A model generated the notes under the pieces. The model made no database searches, was not told the DNA's origin, and worked only from the letters and a program-made list of their open reading frames with translations. A stretch of DNA of 64,000 bases, from assembly GCF_006345805.1 (NCBI RefSeq), contig NW_021835083.1, forward strand, positions 531 through 64,530. Reading direction: 5' to 3'. Made by a program: the position numbers and the translations under genes. The stretch's first letter is position 1. Every line of letters begins with the position of its first letter. The DNA is from Octopus sinensis. Lineage: Eukaryota. This document shows, piece after piece, positions 29,126 to 42,575 of the stretch.

Positions 29126-30569
29126 TCACTGTAACAGCGCGTTGCTGCATCCACCATTTGTTGATGATTCCCTATATTCCTTGTGGATGATGCCCTTGTA
29201 CCGCTCAGGCGATAGCCCTCCGACCTTGTATGTCTGTTTGGGTAGTCGTTGCCGAGGAGGGTTTTATGAAGTCAGAGTGTAAATCTTACATCAACCACTT
29301 TTACTCTTTTTTTACGACACGGTGAGGAAACGGTTCTACTCTTCATCGTCCCGATCCCCTCACAACACATTGAACAACTGTTGTTAGAAAAAAGGGTTCC
29401 TTTTAAGGCTTCTTTCGTTTGAAGGGGTGATAATCCCTCTTGGTTTTATAGCTGTGGAAGTTAGAAACCCCATTGACCTACTGAAGCTCCTGCCGAGACT
29501 GCTATTAAAACTGAGATTGGTAAAAGGGCCGTTTTCTGCAAATTTTCCTTCTCCTGTGCGTTAAAGAAATTTGAGTCGTTGATGTTATTACATATGAGGA
29601 GCATGTCCCTACGTGATTCAACAATTATACCTTTGTGCCTTGATATTCAACAAAGTATATTTGGTCAGGCTTTTACGTGTAACCAAATCCTGGGCTTCTT
29701 TACTATTTCTCGACAAGACATCCACGAATAATATCTATATTTCTCTTTTCCTCTTTTTGTTGAAACTCATCAGCAGGTAGCATTAACTCAGCGATGAAGA
29801 GTAATTCCTCTCTCTTACACATCCATGAAATTATCGTTCTTGCTTCCATCCTTCATCAGCAACAGTACACTCCCCCGCTAACATTGCTGCCGTTGTTTCC
29901 AGTTTTGATAGAGGCTTGCTACGAAACCAGCCAGCAAATAAGTCGTTTATTTATAAAATGTTTAGGGTGGACCAGGCAATTTGTCCCTAGCATGGCCACT
30001 TACCGCGGACATTATCTCGACTGCTGCAATCGATCTTCCACAACACTCAACTTTTAGCGACGTAAAGCCAGAGTAAGGAGTCAAAGTATGGACTTAATTC
30101 TACAGTCCCCAGTCAACAAATATCTTTAGACTGTTGCGAAAAGTACTGCAGAAGAACAACACAGATGTGGATCAAATCAAAATGCAAGTTCCTGTTACAC
30201 CCTGTGAATAACGTAATTGCATCAATTTTCGTATATCACATATGTACCGCAGGGGCTAGTGTGACGACATTCGCATTGTCGTGTCTAACTCGCACAATGC
30301 AATCTTCAAATTTTTGCGATGAGTAAATAGTGGAGAGCCATTTTCGCTCCTAGTATGTCCGTTGTTTTGCCTTTTTTAATCGTCATTTCCTAATTTGGGG
30401 ACTAGCTCCCTTTTTTAATTTATTACTTTCTATTGCAATCATCTTTGCTCTGACTCATTTATTCTACACTAATGGCACCGTTCAGAGAGACCACCTTGGC
30501 GATGAGGTTATATATCATTGCACAGTCGATAACTAACAAAACAAAACAAGGCAGGTATGAATAAAGACA

Positions 30570-31245
30570 TCTGACACCTAAGTAGCAAGCGAGATGTAAC
30601 AGTCCTCAAAAGAGAAGGAGGAGGGATCCGTGAAATCCAAGACCTTTGAGAACGACCGGAAATCAGAGCTGAGAGCAGAAGATTTTTGGTTGTAGTACAG
30701 ATCCAAATCCTTCTCACTAGAAACTACACAACACCCATCTCCAACCACACACACACACACACACACACACACATGCGCATTAATAACGTAGACCACAAAA
30801 GTAACTGCTGAATATGTGGAAGATGTGAAGAAATAATATATCACATTCTTTTGTTTTGCTGCACAAAAAAGAGTATGTGCTCACAAATCTGATAGAGCTG
30901 GATCATGCTTACATTGCAAGTTATAAAACATCTAGAAAAAAGAAGGAAAAAAAATCAGATGGTATATAAACGCATTCCACAAATGTTCAGGAAGAATGAC
31001 AAATTGACCGTAGTCAAGGACATGCCAGTTTACTGCAACTGGGAGATTAAGGAAAATCGACTAGATATTATTGTTAAAACAAAAAAAAACAAGCAGGGAG
31101 AAACTTTCCCAATATAGATGTATCAATTGTAAAAGTTGACGATAAATCTCGCTAAATGAAAAAGAAAAAGAAAGTTGAGAAATTTATCCAAAAATAAAAT
31201 CTGGAAATAGAGATAACCAGAATCTGGTGGTTTTGGAAACAGAAA
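30570..31245 (+). mobile_element. R4/Dong-like fragment, degenerate, interrupted by (CA)n
   Basis: KREGGG; EEIIYHIL; DMPVYCNWEIKENRLDIIVK; LEIEITRIW, collinear with the 48261 copy. Confidence 0.6.
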
Positions 31246-31259
31246 AGAAATCTACAACA

Positions 31260-31358
31260 CCGATGACGATGATGACGACGATGATAACGATGATGATGAT
31301 GATGACGACGACGATGATGATGATGATAATGATGACGACGACGACGACGACGACGATA

Positions 31359-31397
<39 letters not shown>

Positions 31398-32158
31398 GCG
31401 GTAGTGGTGGTGATGATGATGATGATGATGATGATGGTAGTGGTGATGATGATAGCGATGATGATGATGATGATAATGATGATGATAATGATGATGATGA
31501 TGATGATGAGGAGGAGGAGGAGGAGGACGACGACGACAACGATGATGACGACGGCAGCAACAACAACAGCAGCAGCAGCTACAACAACAACAGTAATGTT
31601 AAAAACGGGTGTCGTTTTTGAAAGATTAAATATATTTACAGGCAAATAGATAATCAAAACAGCAGGGGTTACGAAATAAACCCAACATAGAGAAAACAGC
31701 ACGCGTCACCCATTCATTGATTACGCTGTTTCCGACATAAAATGAAGCAGGCAAAAAATAAATAAATAAATAAGTAAAACAATGCACGTTTATGAATGGG
31801 AAAATAACTAAAGATGGCTCCTACAGAGAAAACCTGCAACAAAAACAACAGCAAATGAATTGAAGTGGTAGTAGTAGTAGTAGTAATTGTAGTTGTAGCA
31901 TTTTTAGTAGTAGTTGTTGTTATTGTAGTACTAGTAGCAGTAGTAGTAGTACTACTACTAGTAGTAGTGCTACTAGTAGTAGTAGTTGTTGTTGTTATTG
32001 TTGTAGTGGTAGTAGCAGTAGTGTTAGAAGTAGTAGTTGTGGTTATTGTAGTAGTGGTAATAGTAGTGGTAGAAGTAGTGGTATTAGTAGTAGTAGTAGT
32101 AGTTCCTGTTGTTATTGTTGTAGCGGCTGTTGTAGTAGTAGTGGTGGTGGTAGTAGTT

Positions 32159-32189
<31 letters not shown>

Positions 32190-32238
32190 GAGGAGGAGGA
32201 GGAGGAGGATGTGGAGCACCAGCAGCAGCAGCAGCAAC

Positions 32239-32288
<50 letters not shown>

Positions 32289-32290
32289 AT
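31260..32290. repeat. (GAT/GAC) and (GTA/GTT) trinucleotide blocks
   Basis: Direct reading: 31260-31595 and 31865-32290. Confidence 0.9.
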
Positions 32291-33054
32291 AAATGCCATG
32301 TAGAAAATATGATGTTGGTAATAACATAATAACAGGAGTAGAGTAAAATAAACGAAACCCCTCACTCCCCCACACCCCAAAACCGCCACTCAGAAAAACA
32401 AAATAAAGCAGAAAAAAAAAATCATATCAAACCATATGATAAACTATAATATCTCACTACCACCACCACCACCACCACCATCACCATGACCAAGATAAGA
32501 TATGGTGTAATATGTAATAAGAGAAAATTACACACTAACATTACAACTTCTATGACGACGGACGGCGTGAATTATATCGTTTATTTGTACGGAAAGAATC
32601 TAAGGTCGTACGAAGGCAAAACCATTTACTTTCGCTGGTTTTAGCGCAGTAAGGATATTATAGATAAATTTTATCCCCGTTCTCAATTCTGGTGGTAATT
32701 TCGTTTCGTTTTCTTTCTCTGTTTTCGTTTTTATATATGCTTCGTTTTGGTAGTTTTGATTTGTAGTTTTTCGATTTTCGCTGTGTTTTTTTTTTACAGT
32801 ATTTGTTTTTGTATTTGTGTTTGTATTTGTTTTTGTGCTTGTTTTATAATTTGTTTCTTTATTACATGAAGTGGTTTCAATAATTCTTGAGGATTTTATT
32901 TAGAAACTAATCATTATCGTTGTAGATATTTTATCGCAGGCTATAAAAGATTGGAGCTTCAGAAGTAGATAAATGTGTGTGGGGAGATTGTGTGTGTGTG
33001 TGTGAGCGTGGGTATACATACATACATTCATACATACATTCATACATACATACA

Positions 33055-33090
<36 letters not shown>

Positions 33091-33184
33091 TATAGACACA
33101 CACAAATACGTATGTATGTGTATGATTATATGCATGTGTGTGTATTTCAGTAAATGTATACATACGTACAGCCATATATATATA

Positions 33185-33232
<48 letters not shown>

Positions 33233-33310
33233 TATACATGTGTGTGTGTGTATGTGTGTAGTATGTGTAAATATAGAGACATACATATATGTGAATGTGT
33301 ATTTATACTC

Positions 33311-33354
<44 letters not shown>

Positions 33355-33939
33355 ATATATATATACGTATGTATTATCTAAGTATATCAGAATATGGGAT
33401 AAATATGTAGAAGATTCTAGATTTTAGTAGATTCTTGCAAAGGACAACATAAAATGATTTTGGAAAACTGCTGCTTGTCATCTTATTGTTGTTGTTTTAT
33501 TTGGAATCTTCACTGTCTGAAATTAAGGTAACTTTTTTTTTTATTCAGACATAAATACTGAGGAAGAAAGATTCTCAGAATAATGGAGATGGTCGGGTGT
33601 ATTGCGGATATTTTGCGTTACGTCACTTGAGATTTGTTTGTTCAAATCCCGCTCAGATTAGCCAGTGGTAAAGTATCAGTGTGCAACGAATTAACAACAT
33701 TAAAATACAAAGGTCTAGAGAAGTTTGGTAAGTTCCATTGCATTGAGAACTGACTAATTGATCAATCTAAGGTCTCACCGAAAACGAAGGGCAACGGCCT
33801 AAAATGTTATATTCTCAGCCCTTCATTTCAAATGAAATTATTACACTTGATATGAACAACTCATCACTGATAAAGACAATAAACCACTTTTGTCTGATCC
33901 CGGACTTTAGCCGTCGGATTAAAATTTTTTTAATATGCA

Positions 33940-34340
33940 GGCGCAGGAGTGGCTGTGTGGTATGTAGCTTGCTTACCAACCACATGATTACGGGTTCATT
34001 CCCACTGCGTGGCACCTTGGGCAAGTGTCTTCTACTATAGCCTCGAGCCGACCAAAACCTTGTGTGTGGATTTGGTAGACGGAAACTGAAAGGAGCGCGT
34101 CATATATATGTATATATATGTGTATGTGTGTTTTTATGTTTGTGTGTCTGTGTTTGCTCCCTTCCCCCAACATCACTTGACAACCGATGGTGGTGTGTTT
34201 ACGTAACCGTAACTTAGCGGTTCGGCAAAAGAGACCGATAAAATAAGTACTAGGCTTACAAAGAATAAGTCGATTTGCTCGAGTAAAGGCGGTGCTCCAG
34301 CATGGCCACAGTCAAATGCCTGAAACAATTAAAAGAATAA
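33940..34340 (+). mobile_element. tRNA-derived SINE family A, full length
   Basis: GGCGCAGGAGTGGCTGTGTGG..GGTTCATTCCC..CACCTTGGGCAAGTGTC..GGCGGTGCTCCAGCATGGCC. Confidence 0.9.
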
Positions 34341-35689
34341 TACTGAACCTCAAGAAGTGAAACCATTAATGTCGAATGACATTAGGAACAAAACCGTTCC
34401 ATTCAAAACATCCCGTCTTTTTGTATATCTTTGGATATATTGTCCAATGTGTCTCTTTTAAAATAAGATGATAGTGTGATTAAAAGGGAGTTTGTTGCTA
34501 ACTTTATTGGGGTCAGCAAGCTTCTTGAAACTTCGTCGAGTGTTATATCGAAAGATTATAACATTCAGCCATGATGCTTGCCATCGCATTTACTTAAAAC
34601 AGTAGCAGTATTTTCTAGATTAGACACGACGGCTTTGTGATTTACAAAAATAAATGTCAAGTGGTGACTGTGATTTTCATGCCTTATTTCATTCAGAACT
34701 AGTAGTGAAGCAGATGAAGCAATTCAAGGTAAAGTGAGTTGAAATTGAAACTAATTCTCGCTCTTGAAACTCCTTACTGGAGTTCGACAACAGATTTTTT
34801 TGTTCCGATACTCCAACATCTGATAGGATAACAGAGAAGCCATCGTGACATACGACGTGCTTTGTGTGTTTTTAAACTGGCGGAATGTATCACTTTCCAA
34901 ATTTGGTCACAGAAGATTTGTCTTATAAAAAGAGCAACAAACAGAGAAAAATCGACTCTAGTATTTTATTTATCGACCCTGGAAAGCGAAAAGTTAATAT
35001 AAATGCCGATGTTACTTGAACCAGAACTCGGCAACGAAAGCTGCAAGCAAATCTATCCGATACCTCTGACGACACTTCTAAATCGCTACTTATATCACTA
35101 GAGCATATATCTGGGATTTACTTAACCAATTAAACTTAAATCGAGGACACCCAGGGACTAAAAACTGATAGGTCAATCCTGTTTCTACCAGATTTCTCCT
35201 ATTGTCCCGAAATTGCCTTTTTTTTTTTTTTTTTTGGTTTTGTTAAATTTTTCCAACAGAATCACGAACAGTCAAGAGAACTAACTCCAACATCTTACTA
35301 ATATTATTGTATTTTTCGTTACTTTTCCTTTAACAAGAATTTACATTGACTCTATGAAAGGACTGATCGCTAAGTGGATAGCGTACCAGATACAATGACG
35401 TGAGATCAGTAGTTCGCCCCCATTCATCGGCGCAGCAACTGTATTTGTAATAAAGTCACCTAAATCAGAAATGGCTAAGTCCAGCTTGCTAAACTAAGAA
35501 CAACTCGGCAATGTAAGAAACGGCAACGATGTAGCATTAGTAATTGATTGCTTAATTTACATTCTAACTATGAGACCAACTGCTACTGGAAGTATATATA
35601 TCCCAAAAGAAAGAGCCTGTGCCATGTAAGCTGACATTACTCCAGACATTCTCGATCAGAGAGAAGCAGAGAAAGGAAGAAATAATGAT

Positions 35690-35708
35690 AATAATAATAA
35701 TAATATTA

Positions 35709-35774
<66 letters not shown>

Positions 35775-35809
35775 ATAATAATAATAATAATCACAATAAT
35801 AACAATAAC

Positions 35810-35846
<37 letters not shown>

Positions 35847-35870
35847 TAATAATAATAATAATAATAATAA
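35690..35870. repeat. (TAA)n microsatellite
   Basis: Direct reading. Confidence 0.95.
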
Positions 35871-36514
35871 TTCAAAATCTGATGATAAGAATTGAAAAAA
35901 GTTAAAAGCAAGCAAAATAAGGTAAAAGAAACGGAAGGAAAGAATAAAGGAAAGGAAAAGTACCACGTGAGGTCAAAGATTTTTCGAAACAACAAACCAA
36001 ATTTTTACGTTACCGTGATGTAGAAAAAAAAAATCCCTTCAGTTTTATTGGATAGAATCAAAATTTAAAACGAAAGAAAATATAAATAAAATGAAAACAA
36101 AAAAAACAAATATAGATGGAAGATAAAAGAATTTCATAACAAAAGCTTGACAAAAGCGCATTACAACAAGAGGAAAAAAATGACAGAGACAAAGAGAGAT
36201 TGAACAAGGGTGAGTAAGAGAGAAAAAGAGAGAGAGAAAGAGAGAGTGGGGAGACAGTGGTGGGCAGAGAAAAGAGCAAAGCAATGCTTTGCTTCTGTGA
36301 CGTTCGCAAATCTACCCGTTATTTCAGTCGTATCGTTAGAAATGTGAGCGAATGGGTGAGTGAGTTTTGTTATTGAGTCAAACATTATATTCTCACCAAA
36401 ATATTTAACAAAAGCAGAAAAGAACAGAGCAGAAGCAACGGCATAACTAAAGAGCAAAAAGCAGGAAAAACCTTTAAAAATGTGTCCTTCCGAATCTACG
36501 GTGGCTTGTAACAG

Positions 36515-37097
36515 TAGCAGTAGTAGTAGTAGTAGTATGTATGTATGTATGTATGTATGTATGTATGTATGTATGTATGTATGTATGTATGTATGTATGT
36601 ATATGTGTATATATGTATATGTGTGTATGTATGTATGTATATGTGTATATATGTATGTATAAATATCTATATTCGTATGTATGTATGTATCTATTTTATC
36701 TATCTATATATATGTATGTATTTGTAATTCTATATATGCATATATATACTTATGTAAAAATAAACACAAAAATACACAGTTACATATATATATATATATA
36801 CATACATATATTTCCACACACATATATGCATACATACATATATATATTTATATACATATATTTGTATACATATAGATAAATATATATATATATTTATATA
36901 TACATGTATATATGCTTATATGTATACATATGTATGAATATAATATGTTATATTATGTTATATATATTATACTATACTACATATATATATGAAAACGTAT
37001 ATATGTGCATCTATATCGGTAAATATATAGATGTACATATACATACATCTATATGTATGTATATACTTATGCATATATATATATGTATGTATATACT

Positions 37098-37130
<33 letters not shown>

Positions 37131-37160
37131 ATATATATATATTATATATATATATACGTA
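36515..37160. repeat. (TATG)n/(TA)n tract
   Basis: Direct reading. Confidence 0.9.
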
Positions 37161-37497
37161 TATGAGTGAGTGATTTTTCGTTATGTTATTCAGTCAACAA
37201 ATTTCATTCTATCACCCAAATGCGACGACGACCTACAACCATTGAAACCTTCCTAGCGTGAATGTCTGTGTTCTTTATCGTCAAATGTAAATGTAAAAAT
37301 GGGTTTTATTGAATAAAAATGAAAATCTAATTAGTGAACTATTAGTGCTAGTGTGAAAAGAAACATAATTAGTTAGCTTTAATTCACTTAATAACAACAT
37401 TTCTATCGTCATTCAAAAAGTCTGATCGTGCTTGCAGTAAAATGTTCAAAGGAATAACAGACAAACGTAAAACGCGAAACGTAAAGCGAAAAAAAAC

Positions 37498-37534
<37 letters not shown>

Positions 37535-38199
37535 TAATAATAATAATAATAATGATACTATATAAAGATGGCTACTCGATAGATGGAAGTTAGATAGGAA
37601 TATAAAATGGAATTATTATTATTATCATTATTATCATTATTATCATCTTTATTATTATTATTATTAGTATCATTATTATTATTAATAATAATAATATTAT
37701 CATTATTATTATTGTTGTTGATGTTATTATTAATATTGATGTTTCGGGGAAATACACCTGTAATGATCAAACGCATACATAATATTGGATATGTGGGTGT
37801 GTGTATACATATAGGTGTATGTACACGTGTACGTATGTGTGTATGCATATATGAGTTATATAAGCTTATATGTGTTTGAGCCTATATGTGATTTGCATAC
37901 TGATTCAAACACATTGCACACACAGATTCATATGTAATGTGTCATACATATACACATACATACATCCGTGATGAGGGATACACAGAGATATCAAGTAAGA
38001 GGGACATACACGAATAAGTGTGTTTGTGTGAGTGCCTGTATGTATACTTAGATGTATGCTCATATGCATACGCATGTGGACATATGTATGTGTATAACTA
38101 TGTATTTAGATATTAACCATGAAAATGTATATACATATATGTATGCCTGAATGCATACAAACACGCATTAATATCACACACTTCCTTGCATAAACATAT

Positions 38200-38830
38200 A
38201 TGTGTCTGTGTGTATGTGTATTTGTGTATGTATTTATTGTTTATGTATGTATTTATGTACATATTTATGTATGTATGCACGTATGCATGTTAGTATGTAT
38301 GCACGTATGCATGTATGTATGTATGAATGTACGTATGCATGTATGTATGTATGAATGTACGTATGCATGTACGTATGTATGTACGAATGTATTTATGTAT
38401 GTATATATTTATGTATGTATGCATGTATGTATGTATGCATGGTCGAATGTATCTATGTACGAATGTCTGTATATATTTATGTATGTATTTATGTATGTAT
38501 GTGTGTATGTATGTATGTATGTATGTATACATGTATGTATGTATGCATGTATGTATATATGCATGGTTGAATATATCTATGCGCGAATGTCTGTATATAT
38601 TTATGTATGTATGTATGCATGCATGCATGTATGTACGAATGTATTTATGTATGCATGTATGTATGTATGTATGCATGTATGTATGCATGCATGCATGTAT
38701 GTATGTATGTATGCATGCATCTATGTATGTATATATGTATGGTTGAATATATCTCTGTATATATTTATGTATGTGTTTATGTGTTTATGTGTGTGTGAAT
38801 GTATGTATGTATGTATGTATGTACACGCAC
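38200..38830. repeat. (ATGT)n/(ATGC)n tract with higher-order repeats
   Basis: Cassette GGT[CT]GAAT..ATCT..CTGTATATATTTATG recurs at ~38441, 38565 and 38741. Confidence 0.85.
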
Positions 38831-39229
38831 ATACATGCATAGATCCTTACATACACGCCTAGATCTACATATAATCTTACAAAGTGACATATAAATGCAT
38901 TAATTGGAAATCGAAATATAAATAAATAATAAATGAACGAATTCAAAAGCCTCAGAGAAGCAAAGCTAATCACAACAACAAAAATACAACAACAAAGCCA
39001 ACAAAAACAACAAATACTAACAATAATAATGGCCGCCGCTACAAAATAATCAACTGCCAGAACAATCACACATCTACAACAAGAGCAACGTGAATTACCA
39101 TTAAATTTCAACCACCCGCCACACCTACCTCTTATCTCTCTAAAATGGTTTCACTTTTAATGGATTGCAATATTTGTGATTATTTTTCCGCAATATATTC
39201 GAAATATATTTACAGGCTGACGTGATGGA

Positions 39230-39285
<56 letters not shown>

Positions 39286-39333
39286 CATCATTGCTATCAA
39301 TATGATCATGATCATTGTTATTATCATTATTAC

Positions 39334-39369
<36 letters not shown>

Positions 39370-39670
39370 AAGATTACACTGTTAAAAGTTTCGGGCTTTA
39401 AGCTAATAAGATGTTTTATTGTACTGTTCTTACCTGTAGCAACGGATAATTATTATGTTAATTGTTATAACTCATAATTGTTACTTAACTTTACGTATTA
39501 AAAATGGGGTCTTTATTTGCATATTCTGTTTTATTTTATTACATTTTTTCTCGACTAATTGTAAATTCTCTAAATTATTATTTAAAAATGAAATGGCATA
39601 TAGGGACTTCATGCCTTGTCTAAAAGAGAATGCTGAGAGAGTGAGTCAAAATGGGGTTATGTTAATATCT

Positions 39671-39894
39671 ATTTCTTAATTACCCACAAGGGGCTAAACA
39701 CAGAGAGGACAAACAAGGACAGACATAGGTATTAAGTCGATTACATCGACCCCAGTGCGTAACTGGTACTTAATTTATCGACCCCGAAAGGATGAAAGGC
39801 AAAGTCGACCTCGGCGGAATTTGAACTCACAACGTAACGGCAGACGAATTACTGCTAAGCATTTCGCCCGGCGTGCTAACGTTTCTGCCAGCTC
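39671..39894 (-). mobile_element. tRNA-derived SINE family B, near full length
   Basis: Reverse complement GCGAGCTGGCAGAAACGTTAGCACGCCGGGCGAAATGCTTAGC..GAGTTCAAATTCC..CCTTTCATCCTTTCGGGGTCGATAAATTAAGTACCAG. Confidence 0.9.
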
Positions 39895-40231
39895 GCAGGA
39901 GTGGCTGTGTGGTAAGTGGCTTTCTTACCAACCATATGGTTTTGGGTTCAGTCTCACTGCGAGGCACCTTGGGCAGGTGTCTTCTACTTTAGCCTCGGGC
40001 CGATCGAAGCCTTGTGAGTGGATTTGGTAGACGGAAACTGAAAGAAGCCCGTCGTATACATATATGTATGAATGTATGTATGTATTATGTATGTATGTAT
40101 GTATGTATGCGTGTGCATATGTTTATTTGTGTGTTTTTCCCCCACCATCGTTTGACAACCAATGCTAGTGTGTTTACATCCCCGTAACCTAGCGTTTCGG
40201 TAAAAGAGACCGATAGAATCACTAATAGGCT
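39895..40231 (+). mobile_element. SINE family A, 3'-truncated, head-to-head with SINE B
   Basis: GCAGGAGTGGCTGTGTGG.. through GAGACCGATAGAA. Confidence 0.85.
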
Positions 40232-40313
40232 TTCATTCATCTCATCAATGTATGTGTCCAGCCCGCAAGCTGCACTTTGTAATACCTTTATGGCAAATCT
40301 TAATGAATAAAAT

Positions 40314-40453
40314 AGCTTTCTTACCAACAACATGGTTCCGGGTTCAGTCTCACTGAGTGGCACCTTGGGCAAGTGTCTTCTACTAAAGCCTCGGGCCAAC
40401 CAAAACCTTGTTAGTGGATTTGGTAGACGGAAATTGAAATAACCCCCTTCGTA

Positions 40454-40517
<64 letters not shown>

Positions 40518-40725
40518 TGTGTATATGTTTGTGTGTCTGTGTTTGTCCCCCCAACAACGCTTGACAACCAGTGGTGGTGTGTCTACGTCCCCATCACCTA
40601 GCAGTTCGGCAAAAAGTGGCCGATAGAATAAGTACTAATTCCTGGTGTCGATTTTATTCGACTAAAGGTGATGCTCCAGCATGACCGCAGTCAAACGACT
40701 GAAACACGTAAAAAGAGTAAGAGTA
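40314..40725 (+). mobile_element. SINE family A, slightly 5'-truncated
   Basis: ..CATGGTTCCGGGTTCAGTC..GCACCTTGGGCAAG..(TA)n..GTGATGCTCCAGCATGACCGCAGTC. Confidence 0.85.
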
Positions 40726-40880
40726 TACCCCAAAAATTGCAGACATTGGGACAAAATTTGAATCCTTAGCGTCTACATTTCATCCAACCAAGGTCGATAA
40801 GAAAGTATCAATTGAACACTGTGTTCGATATAATAGTCTAACTCCACCACCACCACTAAAATTGCTGTCATTGTGTCAAT

Positions 40881-41274
40881 GAAACATGGACACTAACAGA
40901 AATTATCAAACGGGTTAAATGGATGCTATACAAGGATGCTACGAATGGCCCTAAACTCGAAATAGCAGCAACATAGGATAAATGAATGCCTTTATGGAGA
41001 CCTGCCGAAAGTTAATGACAAGTTCAAGCAAACACAGCTGAGAGCTTCTGGTCACTGCGTGCACCACCTTGAAGGAGTATCACCCAAATTAGTATTGTGG
41101 AACCCACTTCATGATGATGTAAGAAGAAGAATATGTCGTCACATTTACATCGACAACTTTACTGCAGACACTGACCTGGAATGTATCCAAAACCACCAGG
41201 CAGTGATGACAGACCGAGCAGAGTGGCGGGTAGACTTTGTTGTTGCGGCCCGGGTTGGAATCCGATCATACTAA
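40881..41274 (+). mobile_element. RTE-clade LINE 3' end, degenerate
   Basis: ETWTLT..GCYTRMLRMALN..LYGDLPKV..LRASGHC..LVLWNP..YID..MTDRAEWR*, typical RTE ORF C-terminus. Confidence 0.75.
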
Positions 41275-41559
41275 AGAATAATTGTGTCATAATTTGAAAT
41301 AAATATTGTTCAAGACTCACTGAAATTATATTGTGGTGTTTGTTTTACATGCTAAATTATCCCTTGTTATAGAATTTTCATTACTGTTATAAGCTGCCAT
41401 ATCGCCATTATGAAATGGCGAAAGCTATAACGAACGCTGATGAAGCTGGAGGCAGCTATGTTCACAGTTGTGTGATTTGATTGTTAGGCCAGGCAATAAT
41501 CGCTTCTAAATTAGGATCAAAGTCAGCAATTTTTCAGGATAAGGGAGTTAGTTGATACT

Positions 41560-41680
41560 ATTGAACGCAGTACTTGATTAGTACTTCATTTTACGAACCT
41601 CGAAAATATGTAAGACAAAAGTGACCTTGGTTGAATTTGAACTCTGCACATAAAAAGCTGAAGCAAGTACTATAAACTAT
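41560..41680 (-). mobile_element. Degenerate SINE family B fragment
   Basis: ..AGTACTT..TTTT..ACCTCGAAA..GACCTTGG..GAATTTGAACTC aligns with 39755-39830. Confidence 0.5.
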
Positions 41681-41752
41681 TTTTCGGACCCTCTAATAAC
41701 ACTCTCATCTCAATGTCAGCTGATCACTAATAGTTTCACCTTAACGTATATA

Positions 41753-42306
41753 TAGGGTTGTCCGGAAAGTTCGTGCTGATTTTTAAAGGAAAGAAAAATG
41801 TCAATAAATACTTGCCATTACATTTTTAATCAACCAAATATGAAGCATTTTTTTGCACAATGCGTCTCCATCTTTCCTTTAACTTGAAAAAACACTCTTC
41901 CCAGAATTGAGGTGGTTTCATGGCAAAGAATTCATCAAGGTATCTTTTTATATCATCCAACGGATTGAAATTTTTACCATTAAGACTATTCTGCAGAGAC
42001 CTGAATAAGTGGAAATCCGAAGGAGTAAAATCTGGTGAATATGGAGGGTGGGGTGACATATCCCAGCCACGCCGTAGCAATTTTTGTATGGTTGCAAGTG
42101 CCGAAAATGAACTTTCTTATCTTCTATTTTAAAGGGTTACAGAATTAATTCAGGTTATAGGAACATAAACCTTCTTCCACGAAAAGATAGCTTAAACTGC
42201 TCTAAATGTTGTAGTCAAATTCTATTTTATGGACTCAACCATGTTCTAAAATAAGTCGAAAGATAAGCTACTATAAATCGGCACGAACTGCCTGGACAAC
42301 CCAATA
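41753..42306 (-). mobile_element. Internally deleted mariner element (non-autonomous) with both TIRs
   Basis: TIRs GGGTTGTCCGGAAAGTTCGTGCTGATTT (41755-) and AAATCGGCACGAACTGCCTGGACAACCC (-42302), TA flanks; HPPYSPDFTPSDFHLFRSLQ..FWEE..RW transposase C-terminus joined to N-terminal IEDKKVHFRHL. Confidence 0.9.
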
Positions 42307-42349
42307 TTTAACTCTACTCTAAATATTACTGATATTAAAAGCAATAACA

Positions 42350-42575
42350 GGGCGGCGAGCTGACAGAATCGTTATCGCACCGGGAAAAATGCTTAGCAGC
42401 ATTTCATAACAGTCTTTCCGTTTTGAATTCAAATTCCGCTGAGGTCGTCTTTGCCTTTCATCCTTTCGGAATCGTTAAAAAAAAACAACACCATTTGAGT
42501 ACTGAGGTTGATGTAGTCAACATGCTCCCTCCCTATGAACTTGCTCGTTTTGTGCCAAAATTTGAAACCGATATT
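42350..42575 (+). mobile_element. tRNA-derived SINE family B
   Basis: GGCGGCGAGCTGACAGAATCGTT..GAATTCAAATTCCGCTGAGGTCG..GCCTTTCATCCTTTCGG. Confidence 0.85.

Noticed and set aside
29480-30000. Minus-strand peptides LVHPKH and ENLQKTALL hinting at another RLE LINE
   Set aside because: Motifs too short and spacing inconsistent with better copies; left unannotated
36328-36355. 28-nt micro-exon between TTTCAG and GTGAGT
   Set aside because: Too short to support without transcript data
39425-39460. Minus-strand ..TTGCTACAG|GTAAG, possible recursive splice site
   Set aside because: Weak pyrimidine tract, no host gene established, and expected about once by chance in this length
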